Positions 9,024 to 18,321 of a stretch of DNA of 64,000 nucleotides are shown in pieces. The notes beneath the pieces were generated by a model. That model saw nothing but the letters and a program-made list of their open reading frames with translations, searched no databases and was not told where the DNA came from. Source of the DNA: Myxococcales bacterium (GTDB lineage Bacteria > Myxococcota_A > Polyangia > Polyangiales > DASUME01); NCBI GenBank assembly GCA_047601445.1, contig JASGJH010000001.1, positions 4,768,001 to 4,832,000 on the forward strand, written 5' to 3'. Position numbers and translations under genes: made by a program. The first letter of the stretch is position 1. Each line of letters starts with the position of its first letter.

Positions 9024-9310
9024 TCGACGGTCTTGCGCGCGCTGGGCACTCCGCCTTGCACGCGCTGGACACGTGACGCGCTGATCGAGGACGCGCTGGC
9101 ACGGAACACTGCCGCCCCAAGTTTTGGGTATGCAGCGACCCGTCGCAGCGCGGCCGATTGAAACGCCTGCGCGAAGGTGGCAAGAGTGGTTGCTGCTGGC
9201 CACCGCGTACGCGCCGCGCGTCACGCGCACGCGGGTCTGGCGTGGCGAGCCCGAGGGCGATTGCTCGCGGGCCGACCCGCCCGCTTCGACGCTCCGGGAG
9301 AGGTGATCCA

Positions 9311-10456
9311 ATGCGTTTGGGGGAACCAATCGATCCGCGCCTGCCGTGGGTGCGGCGTCTGCACAACCTCGATTCGGCCTGGAACCACGGCGTGAGTGGC
9401 CCGCGCCTCAGCGCGCTCGAGCAGGCGGGCCTGCGTCTGGGCGATGCCTTGCGCGCGGGCCCCTCCGTGGTCGCCGTACGGACGCTGCCTCTGAGCACGC
9501 TGCTCTACCCGACCAAATACGCTTTCCAGGGCGCCTGCCGTTTGCCGGTACCTTACGTCGTGATGACCCACCGCGCGCTGCTGGTACAGGTGCGTGTCGA
9601 CGGCGAGATCCGCAACATCCTGTTCAATCCCACGTCGGTGGATGCAGCCCTGGCGGCCCCCTTCTTCCGGCAACTCGCGGATCGCACGGGCGACTGGGCG
9701 GTGAAGAACATCCTCACCAAGCGCTTCGGGAGCGTGGAGGAGCAACTGGCGCGGCTCGGCTTGTCGCCGGCCGACATCGATGTGATCGCCTTCGATCATT
9801 TCCACGTGCAAGACCTGCGGCCGCTGCTCGGTGCGCGGCATACCGACGAGCAAGCCGGGCAAGTGGGGCTCTATCCCCGCGCGCTGCTGTTGGCTCCGCG
9901 CTGCGAGTGGAACGACTGGGATCAGCTCCACCCGTTGCAGCAGGCCTGGTTCGTGCGCGACGGAAAGCTCGGCGTACCCTCCGAGCGCGTGGTGCTCACC
10001 GACGGGGATCTCTCGCTGGGTCCGGGCGCCCTCCTGCTGCGCACGCCGGGGCACACCAGCGGCAACCAAACCCTGGTCGTGCGTAGCGATGGCGGGGTCT
10101 TCGGCTGCAGCGAGAACGGCGTCTCGGTGGACAACTGGGCCCCCCTCGAGTCCAAGATCCCGGGCCTGCGCGAGGTCGCCTTGCTGCAGGGGCTCGACGT
10201 GATCCTCAACTCGAACACACCCGAGTCGGGCATGCAGCAGTACACGTCGATGATGCTGGAGCGCGCCCTGGTGGACCGGCTCCCCGAGCACCCCGCGCTG
10301 TTCCAGATGTTTCCCTCGAGCGAGCTGACGAGCTCCTGGTTCGCCCCCGGCGTTCACCCTGCGCGCAGCCTGCTGGAGCGCGTGGGCGGACAGGTCGTGT
10401 TCTCGCCGCCCAGGCGCGCGCCGCTGGAACATGCGCCGGCCCTGGCGGAGGACTAG
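9311..10456 (+). CDS. Metallo-beta-lactamase-fold protein
   Basis: DHFHVQD (HxHxD-like) and TPGHTSG motifs. GAGG upstream of the ATG at 9311. Confidence 0.75.
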   Translation: MRLGEPIDPRLPWVRRLHNLDSAWNHGVSGPRLSALEQAGLRLGDALRAGPSVVAVRTLPLSTLLYPTKYAFQGACRLPVPYVVMTHRALLVQVRVDGEIRNILFNPTSVDAALAAPFFRQLADRTGDWAVKNILTKRFGSVEEQLARLGLSPADIDVIAFDHFHVQDLRPLLGARHTDEQAGQVGLYPRALLLAPRCEWNDWDQLHPLQQAWFVRDGKLGVPSERVVLTDGDLSLGPGALLLRTPGHTSGNQTLVVRSDGGVFGCSENGVSVDNWAPLESKIPGLREVALLQGLDVILNSNTPESGMQQYTSMMLERALVDRLPEHPALFQMFPSSELTSSWFAPGVHPARSLLERVGGQVVFSPPRRAPLEHAPALAED

Positions 10457-10468
10457 CATCGAGGCCCG

Positions 10469-11062
10469 ATGGGCACCTCGAGCGCTTCGTTGATCCTGGC
10501 CTCCACCTCGCGCTACCGACACGAGCTCCTGGGGCGGCTCGGGCTGCCTTTCCGCGCCTGCGCCCCCGACTGCGACGAGGATTCGTTCAAGGGCCGTGGC
10601 CATGCGCCGCAACAACTGGCGGAGCTACTCGCGCGAAAGAAGGCCGAGAGCGTCGCGCGCCTGGAGCCAGACAGTTTCGTGATCGGCTCGGATCAGGTGG
10701 TGGACCTGGACGGCGAGATCCTGGGCAAGCCCGGCAGCGTGGCCGCGGCGGAGCGCCAGCTGGCGCGCCTTCAGGGACGCGAACACCGACTCATCACGGC
10801 GGTCGCCCTGTGCGGACCGGGCCCACGCGTGGCCTTCCACACGGACATCACGCGGCTGCGCATGCGCGACCTCGGGGACGAGTCGATCCGCCGCTACGTG
10901 GCCCACGATCAGCCCCTGGACTGCGCCGGAAGCTACAAGATCGAGTCGCTGGGGATCGCCCTCTTCGAACACATCGAGTGCGCCGACTACAACGCCATCG
11001 CCGGGCTCCCGCTGCTGGCCCTGGCAGGTCTGTTGCGCGCCGCCGGCTTCAGCGTGCCATAG
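10469..11062 (+). CDS. maf: Maf-family nucleoside triphosphate pyrophosphatase (YceF-like)
   Basis: LILASTSRYR, IGSDQ, GKPG, DCAGSYKIE and GLPL motifs. Confidence 0.9.
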   Translation: MGTSSASLILASTSRYRHELLGRLGLPFRACAPDCDEDSFKGRGHAPQQLAELLARKKAESVARLEPDSFVIGSDQVVDLDGEILGKPGSVAAAERQLARLQGREHRLITAVALCGPGPRVAFHTDITRLRMRDLGDESIRRYVAHDQPLDCAGSYKIESLGIALFEHIECADYNAIAGLPLLALAGLLRAAGFSVP

Positions 11063-11072
11063 GGGGGTGTCC

Positions 11073-11513
11073 CTAGAAGCTGCCGCGCAGGCTCACGAAT
11101 GCTCCGCGGCGATCATTGGTGAGACGCAGGTCGGGGCGCAGCACCACGGCCCGCGGGCCATGGTCGAAGTGAAAGCCCGGCGGCTCGGGCAGCCGGGTCG
11201 GCATCACGAAGCGCGCCGCCAGGGCGGGCGGCGTGACCAGCAAGGCGGGCTGCGGGTCGGTGTGCACGAGCCGGACGCGGGGCAGGCGCCTAGTCTCGGG
11301 TGTCAGCTCGACGCCCACGCGGGGCGCGCTGCGAACCACCAAGCCGGCCAGGCCGCTGCCCACCAGGGTCGTCGCGATGACCATGGGTGCCGCCGGCCAG
11401 AACGCCAGCGCCGAGAGCCCCGCCTCGGCCCGGGCCGGCGCGGAGGCCAACAGGCCCAGCAGGCAGACTCCCCACACACTCGCTGCCCGCGTCCGGTTGC
11501 CCCAACTGCCCAT
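11073..11513 (-). CDS. Hypothetical secreted protein
   Basis: Signal peptide ending in ARA and C-terminal VSLRGSF. Fills the gap between maf and glnS. Confidence 0.5.
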   Translation of the reverse strand: MGSWGNRTRAASVWGVCLLGLLASAPARAEAGLSALAFWPAAPMVIATTLVGSGLAGLVVRSAPRVGVELTPETRRLPRVRLVHTDPQPALLVTPPALAARFVMPTRLPEPPGFHFDHGPRAVVLRPDLRLTNDRRGAFVSLRGSF

Positions 11514-11739
11514 TTTTCGCGCCCCCGCTCGCCTCCCCGCCGAGGCGTTCGGGACAGTTCGTCTTCACCTTTCGGGCCAACTTGTGCGTTTTTTGCTTTG
11601 TCGCGCGATTACATCCCCTTACAAACCGCGGTTTGCTCGGCAAAACGGGCCCTCTCGCAACGGTGTGGCGCGCTTGCGCCGCACCCCAAAACGCTTCCGC
11701 ACCGGGCGCGCGGGCCGAGCCAGTCAGGGTTTGGGACTC

Positions 11740-11748
11740 TGCTATAAC
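11740..11748 (+). promoter_or_regulatory. Extended -10 promoter element for glnS (probable leaderless transcript)
   Basis: TG-C-TATAAC lies 8 nt before the ATG at 11757, with no SD sequence in between. Confidence 0.5.
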
Positions 11749-11756
11749 GCGAGCGC

Positions 11757-13496
11757 ATGTCCGAAGAGCGAGTCCAGCCGAGCGGGGCTGAAGAGAACGC
11801 CCCCAACTTCATCAGCGACATGGTCCGTGAGGACCTCGCGAAGAACAAACACCCTGGTAGGCTCAACACGCGCTTCCCGCCCGAACCCAACGGGTACCTC
11901 CACATCGGCCACGCCAAGTCGATCACGTTGAACTTCGGCACCGCCGAGCTGGCGCCGTTCGGGAAGTGCAACCTGCGTTTCGACGACACCAACCCCACCA
12001 AAGAAGAGACCGAGTTCGTGGAGTCCATCCAGAACGACGTTCGTTGGCTGGGCTACGACTGGCAGGACCGGCTGTACTTCGCCTCGGACTACTTCGAGCG
12101 CCTCTACGAGTGCGCAGTGGACCTGATCCGGCGTGGACTCGCCTACGTGGACAGCCAGAGCCTGGAAGAAATCCGCAAGAACCGCGGCGACTTCTACACC
12201 CCGGGCACGCCGAGCCCCTTCCGCGAGCGCAGCGCCGAGGAGAACCTCGACCTGCTGGCGCGCATGCGCAAGGGCGACTTCGAGGAGGGCGTGCATGTGC
12301 TGCGCGCCAAGATCGACATGGCGTCCGCAGACCTCAACCTGCGTGATCCGCTGCTCTACCGCATCAAGCACGCGCACCACCACCGCACGGGCGATGCCTG
12401 GTGCATCTATCCGATGTACGACTACGCGCATCCGCTTTCCGATGCCTTCGAGGGCATCACGCACTCGTTGTGCACGCTGGAGTTCGCGCACCATCGGCCG
12501 CTCTACGACTGGCTGGTGGCTCAGTTCTCCTTCGATCCGGTGCCCGAGCAGACCGAGTTCGCCAAGCTCGCCCTCACGTACACGGTGCTGAGCAAACGCC
12601 GCCTGCAGGCTTTGGTGGTGGGTGGACAGGTAAACGGCTGGAACGATCCGCGCATGCCGACCCTGGCAGGACTGCGCCGCCGTGGCTTCACGCCGGCAGC
12701 GCTGCGCCGCTTCTGCGAGCGCATCGGCGTGTCGCGCCGCGACAGCGTGGTGGACGTGAGCTTGCTCGAGCACGCGGTGCGCGAGGACCTCAACGCCACG
12801 AGCCCGCGGGTGCTGGCCGTGCTGCGTCCGCTCAAGATCACGCTCACGAACTTCCCCGAGCACGAGACCATCGAGCTCGACGCCCAGTACAACAGCGAGA
12901 ACCCGAGTTGGGGCAGCCGCAAGGTCCCGCTCACACGCGAGCTCTACATCGAGCGCGACGACTTCCTCGAAACGCCCGTCAAGGGCTGGTTCCGGCTCTC
13001 ACCCGGCGCGGAGGTGCGACTGCGCTACGCCTGCATCATCACGTGCAACGAGGTGGTGAAGAACGAGGCCGGGGAGATCGTGGAGCTCAAGTGCACCTGG
13101 GACCCCGATTCGCTGGGTGGGCAACCCAAGGACGGCCGCAAGATCAAGGGCACCATCCACTGGGTCAGCGAGAAGCACGCGTTGACCGCCGAGGTGCGCC
13201 TGTACGACCGGCTGTTCACCGCCGAGAACCCGCTCGACGAGGCACACTACGCCAACGACACCAGCAAGCACGAGCATCCCTGGATGCGGTTCCTGAATCC
13301 GAACTCGCTCGAAGTGGTGCGGGGCGCCAAGCTCGAGCCCAGTCTGGCCAAGTCCGAGCCGCTCAGCCGCGTGCAGTTCGAGCGACTCGGCTACTTCTGC
13401 GCGGACGAAATCGACAGCAAGCCCGGCGCGCTCGTGTTCAACCGGACCATCTCGCTCAAGGACGGCTGGGCCAAAGCCCAGGGTAAGGGCAAGTAG
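11757..13496 (+). CDS. glnS: Glutamine--tRNA ligase
   Basis: RFPPEPNGYLHIGHAK (HIGH), LRFDDTNP, THSLCTLEF, LSKR, QFERLGYF. Confidence 0.97.
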   Translation: MSEERVQPSGAEENAPNFISDMVREDLAKNKHPGRLNTRFPPEPNGYLHIGHAKSITLNFGTAELAPFGKCNLRFDDTNPTKEETEFVESIQNDVRWLGYDWQDRLYFASDYFERLYECAVDLIRRGLAYVDSQSLEEIRKNRGDFYTPGTPSPFRERSAEENLDLLARMRKGDFEEGVHVLRAKIDMASADLNLRDPLLYRIKHAHHHRTGDAWCIYPMYDYAHPLSDAFEGITHSLCTLEFAHHRPLYDWLVAQFSFDPVPEQTEFAKLALTYTVLSKRRLQALVVGGQVNGWNDPRMPTLAGLRRRGFTPAALRRFCERIGVSRRDSVVDVSLLEHAVREDLNATSPRVLAVLRPLKITLTNFPEHETIELDAQYNSENPSWGSRKVPLTRELYIERDDFLETPVKGWFRLSPGAEVRLRYACIITCNEVVKNEAGEIVELKCTWDPDSLGGQPKDGRKIKGTIHWVSEKHALTAEVRLYDRLFTAENPLDEAHYANDTSKHEHPWMRFLNPNSLEVVRGAKLEPSLAKSEPLSRVQFERLGYFCADEIDSKPGALVFNRTISLKDGWAKAQGKGK

Positions 13497-13627
13497 CTCC
13501 GACCCGCTCGCGCGTTCCTGCGCGAGCGCGCGCTCCATCGCGCGCTTCCATCGCTTGGCATGAAAAGACGGCGCTCACGCGGTTGAAAGCCGCGCCGGTC
13601 CGCGGCAGGAACGATCAGGGGGTGCAA

Positions 13628-14524
13628 ATGCTCTCGGCTCGTTCATGCATCGATGGAAAGCGCTTGCTCGCATGGAGTGGCGCAGGCTTGCTCGCGCTGG
13701 GCTCGATCTCGGTGGCGGGCACGGGCCTGGCGGAACCGACTCCCGCCGACAGTGCCAAGGCGAAGTCGACTCAGCGCACGGACGCCAGGCGCGATCCCAG
13801 GGCGATGACGGCCCTACAGCGCATGAAGGACTACCTGCGCAGGTTGCCGGCGTTCAGCGTGCGCGCGGAGATCTCGCGCGACGAGGTGGTGCAGGACGAC
13901 TTCAAGCTCGAGCGCAGCATGCATCTGTTCGCCACGGCGCAGCGCCCGGATTGCATGCGCGTGGAGTCGAGCGGCGACGACGGCGAGCGGCTCATCGTCT
14001 ACGACGGAAAGGCCCTCAACGTGTACGCCAAGTCGGAGAACTACTTCGGCTCGATGGAGGCGCCCGCCACGCTGAAGGAGACGCTGGAGATCGCGGTGGG
14101 GCAGCGCGACGTGGAAGTCCCGCTGCTGGATGTGTTCTACGTGGCGATGGGCGGCGAGCTCGGCGAACCCATCGACGCCGCTGGCTTCATCGGCACGTCG
14201 TTGGTGGATGGCACGCCCTGTGATCACGTGGCCTTTCGCGGCGACAAGGTCGACTGGCAGCTGTGGATCGAGCAGGGCAAGCGGCCGGTCCCGCACAAGT
14301 TGGTGGTGACGACCCGCGACCAGACGAGCCACCCGCAATACCGCGCGGTAATCGGCTGGGACGTGGCGCCACGCATCGAGAACGGCATGTTCACCTTCGC
14401 GCCTCCTCAGGGCGCGCTGCCGATGAGCATCGGGCTCGGCCAGCCTGCGCTGCTGAATGCCGTCACGGGCGCCAAGAAGCCCAAAGCGCAACCGCCCACG
14501 AACAGCGAAAAGCAGACGCCGTAG
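13628..14524 (+). CDS. DUF2092-like periplasmic protein (LolA-like fold)
   Basis: Signal peptide; RPDCMRVE, YDGKAL, CDHVAFRGDKVDWQLWIEQG..PVP, FTFAPPQGA motifs. Confidence 0.8.
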   Translation: MLSARSCIDGKRLLAWSGAGLLALGSISVAGTGLAEPTPADSAKAKSTQRTDARRDPRAMTALQRMKDYLRRLPAFSVRAEISRDEVVQDDFKLERSMHLFATAQRPDCMRVESSGDDGERLIVYDGKALNVYAKSENYFGSMEAPATLKETLEIAVGQRDVEVPLLDVFYVAMGGELGEPIDAAGFIGTSLVDGTPCDHVAFRGDKVDWQLWIEQGKRPVPHKLVVTTRDQTSHPQYRAVIGWDVAPRIENGMFTFAPPQGALPMSIGLGQPALLNAVTGAKKPKAQPPTNSEKQTP

Positions 14525-14538
14525 GAAGGAGCTCCAAC

Positions 14539-15081
14539 GTGCCGAAACTCGAGAAATTCGAAGCGCGCCCTCGGGCGTGCGAGCGCAGAATCGACTCACG
14601 CTGGGCCTGGCTCGCCTTCGCGTTCGCGCTCGTCGTCTGCTGCCTGAGCACGCCGCTCGAGGCGCAACGCCGCGGCGGCGGTGGTGGGCGCAGCTTCGCA
14701 CGCAGCAGCGTCTCTCAACCGCGCGGCGGCGGCTACCAGGGCAATCGCGGGGGCGGCCGCGACTTCAATGACAACCGCAGCTTCAACGACAACCGCAACT
14801 ACAACCAGAACGTCAACGTCAACCGCAACGTCAATGTGCACAACGACGTGAACGTCTACCACCATGGCTACTATTACGACGGCTGGGGACATCCCGTGGC
14901 CGCCGCGGCGGCCGTCACCGCGACCGCCATCGCCGTGGGCACCATCGTGGCGTCGTTGCCCCCCCAGTGCTCGACCATGGTGATGGGCAACGTGACCTAT
15001 CAAAACTGCGGCGGAACCTACTATCAGCCGGTCTACCAGGGCACCACGGTGCAGTACGTGGTGGTGAACCCGCCGCAGTGA
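14539..15081 (+). CDS. Secreted Gly/Asn-rich protein with a C-terminal Cys-containing domain
   Basis: AGGAG precedes the GTG at 14539. Signal peptide, RGGG/NVNV low-complexity tract, C-terminal LPPQCST...YQNCGGTYYQP. Confidence 0.7.
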   Translation: MPKLEKFEARPRACERRIDSRWAWLAFAFALVVCCLSTPLEAQRRGGGGGRSFARSSVSQPRGGGYQGNRGGGRDFNDNRSFNDNRNYNQNVNVNRNVNVHNDVNVYHHGYYYDGWGHPVAAAAAVTATAIAVGTIVASLPPQCSTMVMGNVTYQNCGGTYYQPVYQGTTVQYVVVNPPQ

Positions 15082-15128
15082 GCCGCTGAGCCGCGCTGGG
15101 CTCCCGGTCGTGCCATAGTCGCGACGCG

Positions 15129-15887
15129 ATGATCGAAAGCAGGTACCCGCCCGACCTCTTCGCCTTGATCCATCGAGGCACGGCGGGCGACATGGAGTTC
15201 TACCGCGAGGTCTGTCAGAGCACGGACTCGGTGCTCGAGCTCGGCTGCGGCTATGGGCGCTTGATCCCGGAGCTGGTGGCCACCGGCACGCACTACTTCG
15301 GGCTCGAGTTGTCGCCCGAGCTGCTGCGCCTGGCCCGCCGCGTGCGCGCCAAGCTTCCCGAGCGCAAGCGTGGGCGGGTGTCGTTGCGCGCGGGCGACAT
15401 GCGGGACTTCCAGTTCAAGCGTCGCTTCGATCGCATCCTGTTGCCCCACTCCACGTTGTATTGCTTGCCCGACGACCGCAGCGTGCTCGCCTGTCTGCGC
15501 TGCGCGAAGGCCCATCTGAGCGAAGGCGGCCAGCTAGTGCTGGACGCTTACTGCGCCGACGACTTCCACTATCGGCTCGATCCCAAGGAGCTCACCGGCA
15601 AGCAACGTGAGTATCTGACCCGGGTGGAGAGCCGCCTTGGCAGCTACTTGGTGTTCGAGCGCACGCGCTGGATCAGAAGCAAGCAGCGCTTCGTGGTCAC
15701 CTACGAGCACGAGAGCGAGCGCGGCAAGCTCCTGCAGGGCACGGTGGAGCATCGCTACCTCCTGCGTGGCCAGCTGGAGAGGCTGCTCGAGCGCGCCGGC
15801 TTCGAGCACAGCAAATGGGCAGGCAATTTCCGGGGTGGGCGGCTCAAGACCCGCAGCGAACAGCTGGTGGTGCAGGCCTGGGGCTGA
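15129..15887 (+). CDS. Class I SAM-dependent methyltransferase
   Basis: VLELGCGYGR motif I, GDMRDF, HLSEGG. Confidence 0.88.
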   Translation: MIESRYPPDLFALIHRGTAGDMEFYREVCQSTDSVLELGCGYGRLIPELVATGTHYFGLELSPELLRLARRVRAKLPERKRGRVSLRAGDMRDFQFKRRFDRILLPHSTLYCLPDDRSVLACLRCAKAHLSEGGQLVLDAYCADDFHYRLDPKELTGKQREYLTRVESRLGSYLVFERTRWIRSKQRFVVTYEHESERGKLLQGTVEHRYLLRGQLERLLERAGFEHSKWAGNFRGGRLKTRSEQLVVQAWG

Positions 15888-15969
15888 CAAACACGTTGAC
15901 ACCAACCACTGTCACAGTTATTGATGTCCTATTGTCGACCCGCGCAGCGGGCAGTACCCGAGGCAGCTT

Positions 15970-16266
15970 ATGAACCAGAGCGACCGAGCCCAGATCGAGC
16001 GTGAAGTCCGCCAGCAGATCGTGCGCCGGATGCGCATCAAACTGGGATTTTCCTGGCATGCGGCCGTGTTCGCCGTGGCCAACGCAGCCATGATCGCCAT
16101 CAACGTGCGCTTTACTCCCAACACGCTCTGGTGCGTGTGGCCCCTCGGGGCCTGGGGCGTGGGCCTGCTGTTTCACGCCTTTGCGGCCTTCGGCGGCGGC
16201 TCCCTGAGCGAGGCCGAGATCCAGGCCCAGGTGCAGGCCGAGCTCGCGCGGCGCGGCTTGAGCTGA
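15970..16266 (+). CDS. 2TM-domain small membrane protein
   Basis: GFSWHAAVFAVAN...WPLGAWGVGLLFH is typical of the 2TM family. Confidence 0.8.
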   Translation: MNQSDRAQIEREVRQQIVRRMRIKLGFSWHAAVFAVANAAMIAINVRFTPNTLWCVWPLGAWGVGLLFHAFAAFGGGSLSEAEIQAQVQAELARRGLS

Positions 16267-16311
16267 GGCGGGCACCCTTTCGGGCGCAGGCCGTGGTAGG
16301 ACCCGGGTCGA

Positions 16312-16977
16312 GTGACGAGACCACGCGACGTCCTTGAGCTCTCCCAGCGCGCCGCCGCGCTCGCGGGCCGCACGCTCGGCGAGGTGGCAGCGGAGTTCGC
16401 AGCGCAGCAGGGCACGGGTTCGCTCCTGCACCGCAAGGGCAAGCTCGGGCAGCTGGTCGAGCGCGTGCTCGGTGCGAGCGCGGGCTCACGGGCCGAACCG
16501 GACTTCCCCGAGCTCGGGGTGGAGCTCAAGACCATTCCGCTCGACGACGCTGGACGTCCACGCGAGTCCACTTTCGTGGCGTCCTTCTCCCTGGCGGACG
16601 CCGACACGGCGACCTGGGAGAGCTCCTCCGTCCGTCACAAGCTCGCGCACGTGCTGTGGATCCCCGTGATCACCAGCGGCTCCGAGCAGCGCTTCGGGAG
16701 GCCGCTGTTCTGGCGGCCCACGCGCGAGCAGGAGCAGGTGCTGCGCGCGGACTTCGACGACATCATGGGCACGGTCGCCATCGGCAACGTCGAAGGGCTC
16801 ACGGCCCACGTGGGGCGCTGGCTTCAGGCCCGCCCCAAAGCGGCCCACGGGCGCGTGCGCACCCTGGCCTACGACGAGGATGGCCCCCAGCTGGCCTTGC
16901 CGCGCGGCTTTTACCTGCGCGCGCGCGTGACCTGCGAGCTCCTGCGCGACCCATGCACGCTCGCCTTCTCGGAGTGA
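16312..16977 (+). CDS. mutH: MutH/Sau3AI-family endonuclease
   Basis: KGKLGQLVE..LGASAGSRAEPDFPELGVELKTIP (PD-ExK), ESTFV, LWIP, RPKAA, RGFYLR. Single-domain, MutH length. Confidence 0.85.
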   Translation: MTRPRDVLELSQRAAALAGRTLGEVAAEFAAQQGTGSLLHRKGKLGQLVERVLGASAGSRAEPDFPELGVELKTIPLDDAGRPRESTFVASFSLADADTATWESSSVRHKLAHVLWIPVITSGSEQRFGRPLFWRPTREQEQVLRADFDDIMGTVAIGNVEGLTAHVGRWLQARPKAAHGRVRTLAYDEDGPQLALPRGFYLRARVTCELLRDPCTLAFSE

Positions 16978-16987
16978 GCGCTGGACC

Positions 16988-18286
16988 TCAAGGGCTGCAC
17001 AGCAGTGCGGCCGAACGCAGTCCCTTTGGCGTGGTGTACACGAGCTCGAACTCGCCTGCGCGCTCGCCAGGCGCCACGCTCGGTGAACTGGCGGAGGCAT
17101 CGTCGAGTCCCAAGGCGAGCGGCTCGCCCGCGCCGGCCGCATCGACCACGCTAACGACGACCTTGCGGGGCGAATCCTTGCCGTCCACGCGGAAGGCCTC
17201 CACGGCGAACACACTGACGCCCGACTGCTGCGCGGCGCCGAGCGCGAGCTCCCCATAGCCGTACGAGGGTACCAGCGCGACGGGCGCCTCGGCGGCACGC
17301 AGCGGCACCAAGCCGATCGCCGTGGCGGCGGCGCGACCGATGGCCGTGTAGGCGACCACGGTGCGATCTTTGGAGAGCTGCATGGCCGCGAGTGCAGGGG
17401 GCGCGTAGGGCTGACTCACGGGCGTACGCACCACCGCGGGCGCGAGCTTGCCCGTGCCGTCGAAGGGCAGCTCCAGCAGCGGGGAGACCCCCGCATGGGC
17501 ATCGACCACCACCAGCGCCGGCGGCTGGGCGCCTACGATGAAGGTCGGCGCGCTCGCGCCATGTCCCTCGGGGGTCACGTCTTCGACCGTGGAGCGCTCT
17601 CCCTCGACGCGCGCCAGGTGCACGTGCATGGCCTCGCCGACACTGCGCGTGAACGCCAGGAGCAGCTGCTGGTGGTTGCGCGCAAGGGCCGGGGTGAAAC
17701 GTCGATCGATGCCCTCGGCGAGCCGGCGGGGCGCCGAGAACTGCTGCTCCACGACTGACAGCCAGAGCTGAGCCCGCTCGTCGACCCAGGCCACGTAGAC
17801 CTGTTTGCCCGCGCTCAGCAGCGCTGCACGGCGAGCCGGCGACGACAGCTCGAGCTCGGCGCTGGGACGAAGCTCCTGGCCTGGCTGGGCGCGCCACAGC
17901 TCGAGCTTGGGCTCCGCGTCGGAGATCACCAGCAGGGCCCCGCGCTCGCGCACCCCGCGCGCGGCGCCGGCTCGCAACACGCGTTGCTCCGCCATCACGC
18001 AAGCGCGCGGCTTGCGCGTCACCTGCACCGCCCGCGGGGTCGACGGCGCGGCCTTCGAAGCATCCGAACCAGCATCGGCGCTCGGCCCTCGCAGGTCACT
18101 CGGCGTCCCTTCCTGCGCGGGCTCGGGCGCGGGCTCCTTGGCGCCCTCACGCGCTGCCGGCAGCGCCGCGTTGGTGGCTCGCGAAGGTTCGGGTTCGGCA
18201 GCGCGCTCGCCGCAAGCGCCGAGCCAGGTGGCCGCGCTCAAGCCGGTGATACAAGCAAAGACGAGGGCACGTCGCACGCGCGGCAT
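16988..18286 (-). CDS. Hypothetical lipoprotein (beta-rich C-terminal part)
   Basis: LGAC lipobox after the ATG at 18286, then a P/A/E-rich linker and a beta-strand-rich domain. Confidence 0.65.
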   Translation of the reverse strand: MPRVRRALVFACITGLSAATWLGACGERAAEPEPSRATNAALPAAREGAKEPAPEPAQEGTPSDLRGPSADAGSDASKAAPSTPRAVQVTRKPRACVMAEQRVLRAGAARGVRERGALLVISDAEPKLELWRAQPGQELRPSAELELSSPARRAALLSAGKQVYVAWVDERAQLWLSVVEQQFSAPRRLAEGIDRRFTPALARNHQQLLLAFTRSVGEAMHVHLARVEGERSTVEDVTPEGHGASAPTFIVGAQPPALVVVDAHAGVSPLLELPFDGTGKLAPAVVRTPVSQPYAPPALAAMQLSKDRTVVAYTAIGRAAATAIGLVPLRAAEAPVALVPSYGYGELALGAAQQSGVSVFAVEAFRVDGKDSPRKVVVSVVDAAGAGEPLALGLDDASASSPSVAPGERAGEFELVYTTPKGLRSAALLCSP

Positions 18287-18321
18287 GGTACTGCCATCGG
18301 CCCGCAGAGCCCAGCGCGAAC

